DNA from: an uncultured Salinibacterium sp. | GTDB taxonomy: Bacteria; Actinomycetota; Actinomycetes; Actinomycetales; Microbacteriaceae | DNA: 64,000 nt | Assembly: GCA_964425885.1 (NCBI GenBank) | Contig: CAYRON010000003.1 | Span: forward strand, 122,567-186,566 | Direction: 5' to 3' | In this document: positions 49,707-59,988 of the stretch, piece after piece | Numbering within the stretch: the first letter of the stretch is position 1 | How the letters are laid out: every line of letters begins with the position of its first letter | Program-made: the position numbers and the translations under genes | Notes under the pieces: model-generated | Databases searched by the model: none | Told to the model about the DNA's origin: nothing | Seen by the model: the letters and a program-made list of their open reading frames with translations, nothing else

Positions 49707-50882
49707 ATGCGCACATCCCGCACCCGCGCGATCATCGTCGCCGGCCTCGTGGCCGGAACGATGACGCTCGCCGCCTGCGCCGCACCCGCAGCCGAGGAGG
49801 AGACGACCGATGGTGCCCTCACCATCGGTTCGATCGACCTCGCCGCGGCCGGTTGTCCCTCCGACATCCGCATCGCCACCGACTGGTTCCCCGAGGCGGA
49901 GCACGGTCACCTCTACGAGCTCATCGGTGACGACTACACGATCGAGACCGACACCGAGTTCTCCGTCACTGGCCCGCTCATGGCCAGCGGTGAGTACACC
50001 GGCGTCGACGTGACCGTCATCTCCGGTGGCGCCGCGAGCTCCGCCTTCCTCCAGCCGGACGCCATGATGTACTCCGACGACACCATCTTCATGGGCTACG
50101 TCGGCTCCGACGAGGCCGTCGTCCACTCCGGTGAGTTCCCGACGGTCGGTGTCTACGCACCGCTCGAGAAGGACCCGCAGATGATCATGTGGGACCCGGC
50201 GACGCTGACGGATGTCAAGTCCATCGCCGACCTCGGTAAGGCTGGCACGTCCATCCGCCTCTTCCCCGGTGGCTTCTACATCGACTACTTCCTCTCCGAG
50301 GGAATCCTGCAGGAGTCGCAGCTCGACTACAGCTACGACGGCTCCCCCGCGGGCTTCGTCGCGGCGAACGGAACCGTCGCCCAGCAGGGCTTCGCCTCCG
50401 CCGAGCCGTACATCTACGAGAACGAGATCACCGACTGGGCCAAGCCGGTTGACTACCAGCTGATCAACGACGCCGGTTACCCCAAGTACGCCGCAGTGGT
50501 CTCGGTGATCCCCGAGAACATCACGGAGTACGAGGAGTGCCTCACGGCTCTCGTGCCCGTGCTGCAGCAGGCAACGGTCGACTACTACGCCGACCCGACC
50601 GACACCAACGCCGTCATCCTCGACGCGGTCGAGACCTACGACACCTTCTGGGTCTACAGCCAGGGCGTCGCGGACTTCTCGGTGGCAACGCAGGTCGAGA
50701 CCGGCCTCGTGGGCAACGGACCGGATGACACCGTCGGAAACGTCGACATGGACCGCGTGCAGTCGCTCGTCGACATCGCGACCGGCATCTACGCTGACGA
50801 CACCGAGAAGAACATCACCGAGGGCATCACGGCCGAGGACATCTTCACGGACAAGTTCATCGACCCGTCCATCGGGTTCTAG
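49707..50882 (+). CDS. ABC substrate-binding lipoprotein (NMT1/THI5-like)
   Basis: Lipobox LAAC, TDWFPEAEHG, QQGF..AEP; AAGGAG RBS. Confidence 0.88.
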   Translation: MRTSRTRAIIVAGLVAGTMTLAACAAPAAEEETTDGALTIGSIDLAAAGCPSDIRIATDWFPEAEHGHLYELIGDDYTIETDTEFSVTGPLMASGEYTGVDVTVISGGAASSAFLQPDAMMYSDDTIFMGYVGSDEAVVHSGEFPTVGVYAPLEKDPQMIMWDPATLTDVKSIADLGKAGTSIRLFPGGFYIDYFLSEGILQESQLDYSYDGSPAGFVAANGTVAQQGFASAEPYIYENEITDWAKPVDYQLINDAGYPKYAAVVSVIPENITEYEECLTALVPVLQQATVDYYADPTDTNAVILDAVETYDTFWVYSQGVADFSVATQVETGLVGNGPDDTVGNVDMDRVQSLVDIATGIYADDTEKNITEGITAEDIFTDKFIDPSIGF

Positions 50883-50938
50883 TAGCTCCACCGCAGTAAC
50901 ACAGCACCTGTAGTACCCAAACCGAAAGAGCCCCGCCA

Positions 50939-51697
50939 GTGACTGATGTGACCACCCCCGAGCCCCGGCTCGCAGGCAAACGCATCATCGTCACCGGCGG
51001 GGCTCGCGGTATCGGCGGAGCCATCGCGGCCCGCTACGTGGCCGAGGGGGCTCGCGTGAGCATCCTCGACCGCCTCGCCGCAGAGGGCGCCGCACACGCG
51101 GCATCCCTCGGCGCAGACTTCCACGAGGTCGACCTGTTGGACCCGCTCGATGCCGAGCGCGCGACCACGGCGGCCGTCGAGGGGCTCGGTGGGGTCGACG
51201 TTCTCGTCAACTCCGCCGGCATCCTGCGTTTCACCCCCCTTCTCGAGCTCACGGTCAAGGACTGGAACGAGACGTTCTCCATCAACACGCGCGCCATGCT
51301 CACGACGATGCAGGTCTGCGCGAAGTCGATGATCGCTGCTGGCACCGGCGGCAAGATGATCAATCTCGCGAGCATGGCGGCCAAGAAGGGCGGGGCGGGC
51401 GAAGGCGCCTATCCCGCATCGAAGGCTGCCGTCGTCACCCTCACCCGCCAGGCCGCACTCGAGTGGGGATGCCACGGCATCACGGCCAACTCGCTCTGCC
51501 CCGGTTACATCCTCACCGAGATGGGCGCGGCCACCCGCACCCAGGAGATGGTCGACCTCTGGTCGTCGTACTCGCCGCTCGGGCGACTCGGGGAGCCGTC
51601 GGATGTCGCATCCGTCGCCCTCTTCCTCGCTAGTTCTGACTCCGACTACCTCACCGGCCAGGCGATCAACGTCACCGGTGGGATGGTCATGCACTGA
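50939..51697 (+). CDS. Short-chain dehydrogenase/reductase
   Basis: TGGARGIG, NSAG, YPASK. Confidence 0.93.
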   Translation: MTDVTTPEPRLAGKRIIVTGGARGIGGAIAARYVAEGARVSILDRLAAEGAAHAASLGADFHEVDLLDPLDAERATTAAVEGLGGVDVLVNSAGILRFTPLLELTVKDWNETFSINTRAMLTTMQVCAKSMIAAGTGGKMINLASMAAKKGGAGEGAYPASKAAVVTLTRQAALEWGCHGITANSLCPGYILTEMGAATRTQEMVDLWSSYSPLGRLGEPSDVASVALFLASSDSDYLTGQAINVTGGMVMH

Positions 51698-51725
51698 TCC
51701 ACCTCCCCCAACGGAAAGCACCACC

Positions 51726-53036
51726 ATGACTGTCGAAGCCCTTGCTGACGAACTCCGTATCCTGCTCGGGGACACCGGTGTGAGCACCGACCTCGCCGCT
51801 CGCGAACGAGCCTCCATCGATGGCGCACGACTCTCGCCGGTCATCAGCGAGCAGCTGCCCTTGGGACTGGCCGACATCGTGGCCTATCCGACGTCTCCCG
51901 AGCTCATCGCGGCGACGATCGCGGCGTCGGTGCGACACGGTGTTCCCATCACCCCGCGCGGCAAGGGCACGGGCAACTACGGTCAGGCGATCCCGTTCGA
52001 GGGCGGCCTCGTGCTCGACACCTCCCGAGCCCGCAAGGTGCTCGAGGTGGGCGACGGATACCTCGTCGCCGAGGCGGGCGCCACGCTCGTCTCGATCGAA
52101 CTCGCCGCCAACAAGGCGGGCCAGCAGGTGCTGATGTACCCGTCCACCGCGAACTCGACGATCGGCGGCTTCGTCTCGGGGGGATCCGGCGGAACGGGTT
52201 CGATCAAGCACGGCATGCTGCACGAGGACTTCGTGCTGGCCCTCGACGTCGTGCACGCCCTGCCGGATGCCGAGCTCGTGCACCTCGAGGGCAAGGACAC
52301 CGAGCCGTTCATCCACAACTACGGCACCGCGGGAATCATCGCCGCCGTCACGGTCGCCCTCGAGCCGCTGCAGGACTGGCGTGCGTTCTACGCGAGCTTC
52401 GACACGTTCGAGCAGGCACTGTCGGTGATCCGCCCGTTCGCCGACCTCGAGCCGACGCCACGCCTGGTGTCCGCCGACCTCCCGACCCTGGCCGAGGCGC
52501 TGCCGAGCAATCCCGCGATTCCCGCGGGACGGGCATCCCTGCGCGCGATCCTGGATGTCGCCTCGCTCGACGCAGCGACCGCGCTCGTCGAAGGTGCTGG
52601 GGGTCGTGTCGAGGAGGTGCGCGAGGGTGCGCAGGAGTCGATGAAGCTCTCGATGATGAGCTACAACCACCCCATCGAGTGGCTGCAGAAGGCCTACCCC
52701 AACACGTACTTCCATGTCGAGGTCGCTGGCGACGCGCTCGTCGACCGCATCGATGAGGTGCACGCGGTCTACCCTGGCGGCATGCTGCACATCGAAGCGC
52801 AGAAGGGCCGCCCGATCGGGATGCTCGCCGGCACGTACACCACCGCCGATGATGTCTGGGCGGGCTTCGAGAAGCTCAGCGCCCTGGGCGTCGGCTTCCA
52901 CAACCCGCACCAGTGGTTCGTCGATTACGAGCCCGAGCGCACTGCCGCTCTCGCGGAGACGACCGACCCGCACCACCTGCTCAACCCCGGCAAGCTCCAG
53001 GCGAAGCCCGCGGTGGCGACCGGGAGCCAGGTGTGA
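51726..53036 (+). CDS. FAD-binding (VAO/PCMH-type) oxidoreductase
   Basis: PRGKGTGNYGQ, STIGG, DP..LLNPGK. Confidence 0.88.
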   Translation: MTVEALADELRILLGDTGVSTDLAARERASIDGARLSPVISEQLPLGLADIVAYPTSPELIAATIAASVRHGVPITPRGKGTGNYGQAIPFEGGLVLDTSRARKVLEVGDGYLVAEAGATLVSIELAANKAGQQVLMYPSTANSTIGGFVSGGSGGTGSIKHGMLHEDFVLALDVVHALPDAELVHLEGKDTEPFIHNYGTAGIIAAVTVALEPLQDWRAFYASFDTFEQALSVIRPFADLEPTPRLVSADLPTLAEALPSNPAIPAGRASLRAILDVASLDAATALVEGAGGRVEEVREGAQESMKLSMMSYNHPIEWLQKAYPNTYFHVEVAGDALVDRIDEVHAVYPGGMLHIEAQKGRPIGMLAGTYTTADDVWAGFEKLSALGVGFHNPHQWFVDYEPERTAALAETTDPHHLLNPGKLQAKPAVATGSQV

Positions 53037-53794
53037 GCCGCTTACTCACCGACCTGCCTGGTCCCGCCCTCGCGACGACTCTGACCGCCGAGTCGATCGT
53101 CGTGCTGCCCGTCGGCTCCATCGAGCACCACGGTCCCCATCTCCCGCTGTCGACCGACCTGGTCATGGCCGACGAGTTGTCGAGGCGCATCGTCGAGGCG
53201 TCGTCGCAGGATGCCTGGCTCCTACCGCCGCTCGCCTTCACCAAGTCCGACGAGCACGACTGGGCCCCCGGCACCGTGTGGATCGGGTGGGAGACGCTCA
53301 TGCGTACCGTCGTGGAGATCGGCGAGTCCGTGGCGAAGACGCCGGCCCGAACCCTCGTGTTCTTCAACGGGCACGGCGGCAATATCGCGCTGCTGCAGGT
53401 AGCGCTGCGCGAGATCCGTCGTGCAACCGGCCTGCGCACTTTTCTCATGAACGCCTCGATCTCGGCGAGCGAGACCGAGAACGGTTTCGGCATTCACGGT
53501 GGGCACGGCGAGACCTCCCTGCTCATGGCGCTCCGGCCGGAGCTCGTCGACCTCGCGCCAGCGGAGCGCTGGGTTCCCGACCACCTCGCCGAGTTCGAGC
53601 AGGTCAAGTTCAACGGCGGTTCCGTGTCGTTCGGGTGGGTGTCGAACGACTTCGGCCCGTCTGGCGTGGTGGGCGACCCCACCACGGCGAACGCTGCAGC
53701 GGGTGAGGCTATTCTCGCGGCATCCGTCGCACAGGGCGTTGCCGCGCTCGACGAGATCGCTCGCTTCCGGCACAGCCCGGGCGCCGAGCTGTGA
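53033..53794 (+). CDS. Creatininase family amidohydrolase
   Basis: PVGSIEHHGPHLP..TD, NGHGGN, HGG..ETS. Confidence 0.92.
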   Translation: MSRLLTDLPGPALATTLTAESIVVLPVGSIEHHGPHLPLSTDLVMADELSRRIVEASSQDAWLLPPLAFTKSDEHDWAPGTVWIGWETLMRTVVEIGESVAKTPARTLVFFNGHGGNIALLQVALREIRRATGLRTFLMNASISASETENGFGIHGGHGETSLLMALRPELVDLAPAERWVPDHLAEFEQVKFNGGSVSFGWVSNDFGPSGVVGDPTTANAAAGEAILAASVAQGVAALDEIARFRHSPGAEL

Positions 53795-53804
53795 GGTCAC
53801 GCGC

Positions 53805-54353
53805 ATGAGCGAACACTGGCAGAAGCTGGTCGACTGGCTGCCGGCCAACGACGACCCGAACCGACCCCGTATGACCGTGTCAACAGCTGCTCCGGATGCC
53901 AGGACCCTCCTGCTCAGCGAGTTCGACGAACACGGCTTCTACTTCCATACCGACTCGCGGTCACGCAAGGTCGAGCAACTCGCGGACGACCCGCGGGTGG
54001 CGCTCACTCTCCTGTGGCCGGACTTCTCGCGGCAGCTCGTGATCGTCGGCACGGCCGAGGTCGCCCCCGTCGAGGAGCAGGCCCGGGCGTACAAGGCTCG
54101 AGTGCCCTACCTCAAGCAGCTCGCGTGGGTGAACACACAGGAGCACGCGCAGCTGCCCGTCGAGGAACGGCGCGCCGCGTGGGCGTCGTTCACGGACGAC
54201 CCCGACGCGCTCCAGCCACCCGACACATGGGTCGGCTTCCTCGTGCGACCGCACCGCCTCACGTTCTGGGAGAGCGACCCGAACGCGGCGTCCCGTCGCA
54301 CCGAGTTCACCCTCATCGATGGCGACTGGGAGAAGTCCTACCTGCCTGGTTAA
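53805..54353 (+). CDS. Pyridoxamine 5'-phosphate oxidase family FMN-binding protein
   Basis: ARTLLL, GFYF.T..SRK, PP..W.G, FWE. Confidence 0.82.
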   Translation: MSEHWQKLVDWLPANDDPNRPRMTVSTAAPDARTLLLSEFDEHGFYFHTDSRSRKVEQLADDPRVALTLLWPDFSRQLVIVGTAEVAPVEEQARAYKARVPYLKQLAWVNTQEHAQLPVEERRAAWASFTDDPDALQPPDTWVGFLVRPHRLTFWESDPNAASRRTEFTLIDGDWEKSYLPG

Positions 54354-54370
54354 GGTGGCACCATCGAGGG

Positions 54371-55258
54371 ATGCACTCCCACTTCACCGTGCTCGACGGT
54401 GGCCTGTCGACCGTTCTCGAGGCCGCCGGCCACGACCTCAGGCATGACCTGTGGACAGCGCGGCTCATCACCGAGCGGCCGGAGGCCCTGGTCGAGGCGC
54501 ACCGTGCCTTCGTCACCGCTGGCGCCGAGGTCATCATCACGTCGAGCTACCAGGCGAGCGTCGGCGGCTTCGAGGCGGCGGGCCTGAGTCAGACAGAGGC
54601 CGAAGCGGCGCTGCTGTCGACCACGAGGTTGGCGCGAGAGGCCGTGGGGGATGCCCCGACCCTGGTCGCGGCATCCGTCGGTCCCTTCGGGGCGACCCTC
54701 GCCAACGGCTCCGAGTATCACGGACGCTACGGAATCGAGCAGGCCGACCTCCGCGACTTCCACCAGTGGCGGCTAGAGCTGCTCATCGACTCGGCGCCCG
54801 ACCTCCTCGCGATCGAGACCATCCCCACCGCCGCCGAGGCGCGAGCCCTCGGCGAGGCACTCGATGGCCTCGACGCTCCCCCGGTCTGGTTCGCGTTCAC
54901 GTGCAGCGATGGTGCACACACCGCGGGCGGCGACCGCATCGAGGACGCGATCGCGGTGGCCAGTGGCATCCCCGGGGTCGCAGCGGTCGGGGTGAACTGC
55001 ACGTCGCCAGAGCACGTCGGCGAACTGCTGCGCCGGGCAGCCAGCGTGACCGACCTTCCGCTACTCGCCTACGCCAACGGCGGGCAAGTCTGGAACGCGG
55101 CCCTCGGCGTCTGGGAGGGGCCACCCGTCGCCGCAGACGATCGCACCACTGTCGGCGAATGGCTCGACGCCGGCGCGCGCATCGTGGGCGGATGCTGCGG
55201 GGTCGGCGCCTCGGGAATCGCGGGATTGCGCGCCTGGCGCGACGAGCTCCCCACTTGA
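54371..55258 (+). CDS. mmuM: Homocysteine S-methyltransferase
   Basis: LDGG, SYQAS, SVGPFGA.LA.GSEY, ETIP, GVNC, GGCC. Confidence 0.9.
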   Translation: MHSHFTVLDGGLSTVLEAAGHDLRHDLWTARLITERPEALVEAHRAFVTAGAEVIITSSYQASVGGFEAAGLSQTEAEAALLSTTRLAREAVGDAPTLVAASVGPFGATLANGSEYHGRYGIEQADLRDFHQWRLELLIDSAPDLLAIETIPTAAEARALGEALDGLDAPPVWFAFTCSDGAHTAGGDRIEDAIAVASGIPGVAAVGVNCTSPEHVGELLRRAASVTDLPLLAYANGGQVWNAALGVWEGPPVAADDRTTVGEWLDAGARIVGGCCGVGASGIAGLRAWRDELPT

Positions 55259-55371
55259 CCCGCCGGCACTGCTGCGTTTAGTCTCGACGCCGTGATCCTG
55301 TAAGTCCTGACCTCCCCGCGTCCGCGGCCATGCCCGGCGGGGTTCGTTCCCCACGAACAGGACACCCTCTC
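55255..55371 (+). promoter_or_regulatory. ABC-F leader: promoter TTGACC-N18-TAGTCT, leaderless uORF GTG-ATC-CTG-TAA (55292..55303) and anti-SD pairings
   Basis: tcctgt (55296) and gtcctg (55304) are complementary to the SD-like acaggac (55357-55363). Confidence 0.6.
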
Positions 55372-56964
55372 TTGCCAGCGATTTCTTTGCTGCGCGCCGA
55401 CGGCATCTCGCACGCCTACGGCGACCGCACGGTCCTCACCGACCTCTCCCTCACCGTCTCCGCCGGTCAACGACTCGGCCTCCTCGGCGACAACGGCGCC
55501 GGCAAGTCGACGCTGCTGCGCCTGCTGGCCGGCGTCGAGGAACCCGACAGGGGTGACATCCAGCGCCCCGAGCGCACCGGATACCTGGCCCAGGAGGTCC
55601 ATTTCGACGATGCCGCTCCGCTGTCGGCGCTCATCGAGCACGCGATCGCACCCGTTCGCGCGGTCGAGCGCGAGATCGCGGATGCCGCGGCATCCCTCAC
55701 CACGGATCCCTCCGCCGAGGCACGCTACGCCGCAGCACTCGAGCTCGCGGAGGCCATGGACCTCTGGAGCCTCGACTCCCGCCGGGATGCGCTGCTCGCG
55801 GGGCTCGGAGTGGCGGGCATCCCGCTCGATCGCACCCTCGGGGAGGTCTCGGGCGGTCAGCGCAGCCGAGTCGCGCTCGCCGCGCTCCTCCTTGCGCGGC
55901 CCGATGCGCTCCTGCTCGACGAGCCGACCAACCACCTGGACGACAACGCGGTGGGCTTTCTCGCCGCGACCCTGCGAGAGTGGCGCGGAGCGATCGTCTT
56001 CGCCAGTCACGACCGGGACTTCCTCGACGAGGTGGCCACGGGCTTGCTCGACATCGACCCATCGCGCGCTGGCGCCACGCGTTTCGGTGGCAACTACAGC
56101 GACTACCTGGGTGCGAAAGCGGCGGAACGTGCGCGGTGGGAGGAGACTTTCGCGTCGGAGGAGAAGGAGCTGGCGACCCTGCAGGCCAGTGCTGCGGGCA
56201 GTGCCCGCACCGTTGCCCACGATCGCGGTCCCCGCGATAACGACAAGTTCATCACCCGGTTCAAGGGCGGAAACGTGCAGAAGACCATTGCGCGTCGCGT
56301 GAGGAACGTGGAGGGTCGCATCGAGGACATGGTCGCGTCGCGGGTCGAGGAGCCGCCCGAGATCCTGCGGTTCCGCGGCATCGCGCGCGGCTCGCACCCT
56401 CTGGAAGGTGAGGTGCTGCGGGCCACGGGAGTGCGAGTCGACGGGCGACTGCAGCTGGACGAGCTGGTCGTGGCATCCGCGGATCGCGTGCTGGTGACCG
56501 GGGCGAACGGCGCGGGCAAATCGACTCTGCTCGGTGTGCTCGCTGGGCGGATTCGACCGGATGCCGGCACCCTCGAGCGACGCAAGGGACTTCGGATCGC
56601 ACTGCTCGAACAGGACGTTCGCTGGGCGGACCCTTCCTTGAGCCCGAGGACGATCTACGATCGCGCGCTTGGGGAACATCGTGCCGAGACGGTGCCGTTG
56701 GCGAGCCTCGGTCTGCTCACCGAGCGGGACGCCGAGAGGCCGGTCGGTGCGCTGTCGATCGGGCAGCAGAGGCGCACGGCGCTTGCGCTCATCATCGCGA
56801 AACCACCGCACGTCTTCCTGCTCGACGAGTCCACGAACCACCTCTCGCTCGCCCTCGCGACCGAGTTGGAGGATGCGCTCGGCGGCTACCCGGGCGCGGT
56901 CGTCGTGGCGAGCCACGACCGGTGGCTGCGGCGCCGATGGGAGGGGCGCGAGGTGCGGTTGTGA
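55372..56964 (+). CDS. ABC-F family ATPase (possible ribosome-protection type)
   Basis: Two NBDs (GDNGAGKS/SGGQ/DEPTNHLD and GANGAGKS/LSIGQ/DESTNHL), no TM, long linker. Confidence 0.9.
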   Translation: MPAISLLRADGISHAYGDRTVLTDLSLTVSAGQRLGLLGDNGAGKSTLLRLLAGVEEPDRGDIQRPERTGYLAQEVHFDDAAPLSALIEHAIAPVRAVEREIADAAASLTTDPSAEARYAAALELAEAMDLWSLDSRRDALLAGLGVAGIPLDRTLGEVSGGQRSRVALAALLLARPDALLLDEPTNHLDDNAVGFLAATLREWRGAIVFASHDRDFLDEVATGLLDIDPSRAGATRFGGNYSDYLGAKAAERARWEETFASEEKELATLQASAAGSARTVAHDRGPRDNDKFITRFKGGNVQKTIARRVRNVEGRIEDMVASRVEEPPEILRFRGIARGSHPLEGEVLRATGVRVDGRLQLDELVVASADRVLVTGANGAGKSTLLGVLAGRIRPDAGTLERRKGLRIALLEQDVRWADPSLSPRTIYDRALGEHRAETVPLASLGLLTERDAERPVGALSIGQQRRTALALIIAKPPHVFLLDESTNHLSLALATELEDALGGYPGAVVVASHDRWLRRRWEGREVRL

Positions 56965-56968
56965 CAAC

Positions 56969-57535
56969 CTAGCGCCGTGCCACCAGCACCGTGTCGAGAG
57001 CAGTTCCGGCCGCGGTCTCGCGGGGCGCCTGGGCGCACTCGAGGATCTCGAGGCCGGATGCCGCGGCCCGCAGTTGCTCGACGGTCGTGAGGATCTCGGG
57101 GTCCTGCGGCCCGCCCACCGTGTTCTCCCGATCGTGGGACACCAGCGCGAGCGTGCCGCCCGGCGCGAGGTAGCTGGCGGCGTTGCCGATTGCCAGGGCC
57201 AGCGGGTCCGCCGGGAGTTGCAGGTAGGCGACGACCACGAGATCGACGAGTTGCGGGCTGACCCAGGCCGTGGCATCCGCCGTCACCCACTCGATGTCGA
57301 GGCCCTTCTCGGTGGCCTTCGAGGCTCCGGTTGCGAGGCCGACCGGCGAGAAATCGACGGCCGTGACCTCCCAGCCACGCTCGGCAAGCCAGATCGCGTT
57401 ACGCCCCTCGCCCGCGCCGAGGTCGACCGCAACGCCAGGGTCGAGCGAGGCGACGGTGGCAGCAACCCACGCGTTGGGGGTGTCCGACCACACCGAACCT
57501 GCGGCATACCGCTCGTCCCAGAACTCGCGGCTCAC
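56969..57535 (-). CDS. Class I SAM-dependent methyltransferase
   Basis: FWDERY, DLGAGEGRNA.WLA..GW.VTAVDFS. Confidence 0.9.
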   Translation of the reverse strand: MSREFWDERYAAGSVWSDTPNAWVAATVASLDPGVAVDLGAGEGRNAIWLAERGWEVTAVDFSPVGLATGASKATEKGLDIEWVTADATAWVSPQLVDLVVVAYLQLPADPLALAIGNAASYLAPGGTLALVSHDRENTVGGPQDPEILTTVEQLRAAASGLEILECAQAPRETAAGTALDTVLVARR

Positions 57536-58599
57536 GCGAGCACCTCGCGACCGATGCGGGCGAGTGCCTCGGCGAACCACGCCTCGCGACCCGGACCGGT
57601 TCCGCCCGAGAGGTTGACGCCCGCAACGCCCTCGATCGACAGGAGCCCGTGCGCGAGCTCGACCGCGGCAGCGATCCCCTCCTCGAACGGGTCCGTCGCC
57701 GACAGGATCCGGTCGAGGTACCCGGGCGGCAGCACGAGCGTCGTGAAGGTGCGCAGCAGAGCCGCACTTTCGCGATCGATGACCACCGGGATGCACGGGA
57801 TGTACTTCATGTCCGCGCCGAGATCCTGCGCTCGGGCGATGAAGTCGGCGACCGGCGCCACTCCCCCGGCGTGGTTGACGAAGCACACCTCGGCCCCGGC
57901 CCGCATCTTCTCAAGCAGACGGTCAGGCCGGCGACCCACGGGAGGCGTCGCGGGGGCTTCGGCCACCGAGACGAGATGTCCGTTGGCTCGGGCGAGAGAT
58001 GCCGCCTCCGTCGAGTCCAGGTCGAACACGGGCTTCGCGTCGGGCCGCTGGCCGGTGTTGGTGTGGTCGCCCGTCACGCAGTGGACCCCGGCAACTCCGA
58101 CGTGCGCGAGGGCTGCGAGCTCGCCCTCCATCGCGACACGGTTGCGGTCGCGGCAGTTGAAGCCGGTCCAGGCCAGGAGCCCGGTCGCCTGGATGAGTGA
58201 TGCCCGGTATGCAGGCGGGAACTGCACACGCGCAGCCCCCGCGTCACCCGCGAGCACGGCATCCACTGAGCCTGCCAGCAGCGTCGCGCACTCGGTGAGG
58301 GATGCCGCATCCAGCGCTCGCGCCGGGAAGTCGGCCACCACGACCGGCCGCACCCCCATGAGCTCACGCATCGCGGTCGCTCCCGCCGACACGGGCGACG
58401 GCGGAACGGGATCCGAGTGCCCTGGCTGCTCCTCCGAGTCCACACCGTGCCAGCGCACCGTGGGCGTCTCGAGGAACACGCACGCGTGGGGAGCGACCTC
58501 GCACGTGCCGTCGAACTCGACCCCGCCGCAGGGCCCGTAGACCATGCTCTTGGGGCACGAGAACGGGGCTTCTGTCACGTCGAGGAGCTCGGTCGGCAC
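57532..58599 (-). CDS. Methylenetetrahydrofolate reductase-like protein with N-terminal Cys-rich (MetV-like) domain
   Basis: CPKSMVYGPCGG....CEV...C, then CRDRNR, VTGDH, VFDLDS, EK..AGA. Confidence 0.82.
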   Translation of the reverse strand: MPTELLDVTEAPFSCPKSMVYGPCGGVEFDGTCEVAPHACVFLETPTVRWHGVDSEEQPGHSDPVPPSPVSAGATAMRELMGVRPVVVADFPARALDAASLTECATLLAGSVDAVLAGDAGAARVQFPPAYRASLIQATGLLAWTGFNCRDRNRVAMEGELAALAHVGVAGVHCVTGDHTNTGQRPDAKPVFDLDSTEAASLARANGHLVSVAEAPATPPVGRRPDRLLEKMRAGAEVCFVNHAGGVAPVADFIARAQDLGADMKYIPCIPVVIDRESAALLRTFTTLVLPPGYLDRILSATDPFEEGIAAAVELAHGLLSIEGVAGVNLSGGTGPGREAWFAEALARIGREVLA

Positions 58600-58670
58600 G
58601 GGGGTAACTCCTCTGAAATGTTGGTCTGTTTCAATGGTAGCCACAACGGAAACACGGAACGGACGGCACG

Positions 58671-59984
58671 ATGGGCAACAGGTACGAGCTGGTCGTGCGC
58701 GCGTCATCCGTGCTCGTTGACGGGGTGTTCCAGCCGCGCGAGATCGGCGTTCGTGAGGGTCGCATCGAGGCCGTCTCCGAGCTCCCGCTGCAGGGTGAGA
58801 CCGTCGTCACGCTCGCCGACGATGAAGTGCTCCTGCCGGGTGTCGTCGACACCCACGTGCACGTGAACGAGCCCGGCCGCACCGAGTGGGAGGGTTTCGC
58901 GACCGCGACAAGAGCTGCAGCCGCGGGCGGCGTGACGACGATCATCGACATGCCGCTCAACAGCATCCCCGCGACGACGACAGTCGAGGCACTGGACCAG
59001 AAACGCGCTGTCGCAGCCGAGAAGGCCGTGATCGACGTGGGCTTCTGGGGTGGCGCGGTCCCGGAGAATCTCGGCACGCTACGCGAGCTGCATGACGCTG
59101 GCGTCTTCGGGTTCAAAGCCTTCCTTGCGCCCTCGGGTGTCGACGAGTTCGGGCACCTCGACACCCCGCAGCTCTTCGCCGCGCTCGAGGAGATCGCCTC
59201 CTTCGGTGGCCTCCTCATCGTCCACGCCGAGGACCCGGCCGTGCTCGACGCCCACGCCAACCACGGCGGTCGCGACTACCACCGGTTCGTAGAATCGCGA
59301 CCCGACGAGGCCGAGATCACCGCGATCGGCAACGTGATCGAGGGGGTTCGACGCACGGGTGCTCGCGCCCACATCCTGCACCTGTCCTCGGCCGCAGCCC
59401 TGCCCGAGCTGCGTGCCGCGCGCGCCGAGGGGCTGCCCATCACCGTCGAGACCTGCCCGCACTATCTCACGCTTTCCGAAGAGCAGATCGCCGACGGCGC
59501 GACCCAGTTCAAGTGCTGCCCCCCGATTCGGGATGAAGCGAACCGCGACCTCCTCTGGCAGGCGCTGCTCGAGGGCGACATCGACATCATCGTCAGCGAC
59601 CACTCCCCCGCGACCGTGGAACTCAAGACGCGCGGAGGCGGCGACTTCCAGGAGGCCTGGGGCGGCATCGCGGGCCTCCAGCTCGAACTCCCCGCTGTCT
59701 GGACGGAGGCCGCCCGACGCGGCATCGGCCTCGAACGCGTACTGCAGTGGATGTCGCGGGGCCCGGCCGATTTCGTGGGATTGCCCGCCAAGGGCCGCAT
59801 CGCCGTGGGAGCCGACGCCGACCTCGTAGCCTTCGCCCCGGATGCCACGTGGACCGTGCACAAGGAACAGCTCCTGCACCGCAACCCCGTCTCGGCCTAC
59901 GACGGTCGTACCCTCCAGGGGCTTGTGCGCCGCACGTGGGTGCGCGGTGCGGAGCCCAGTTCGGGGGTGCTGCTTTCCCGGTAG
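58671..59984 (+). CDS. allB: Allantoinase
   Basis: [47 protein letters not shown]. Confidence 0.93.
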   Translation: MGNRYELVVRASSVLVDGVFQPREIGVREGRIEAVSELPLQGETVVTLADDEVLLPGVVDTHVHVNEPGRTEWEGFATATRAAAAGGVTTIIDMPLNSIPATTTVEALDQKRAVAAEKAVIDVGFWGGAVPENLGTLRELHDAGVFGFKAFLAPSGVDEFGHLDTPQLFAALEEIASFGGLLIVHAEDPAVLDAHANHGGRDYHRFVESRPDEAEITAIGNVIEGVRRTGARAHILHLSSAAALPELRAARAEGLPITVETCPHYLTLSEEQIADGATQFKCCPPIRDEANRDLLWQALLEGDIDIIVSDHSPATVELKTRGGGDFQEAWGGIAGLQLELPAVWTEAARRGIGLERVLQWMSRGPADFVGLPAKGRIAVGADADLVAFAPDATWTVHKEQLLHRNPVSAYDGRTLQGLVRRTWVRGAEPSSGVLLSR

Positions 59985-59988
59985 CTCT

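Noticed and set aside
50939-53794. Mycofactocin cluster (creatininase as MftE, plus SDR)
   Set aside because: No MftA precursor, MftB or MftC radical SAM; the only radical SAM enzyme is MoaA.
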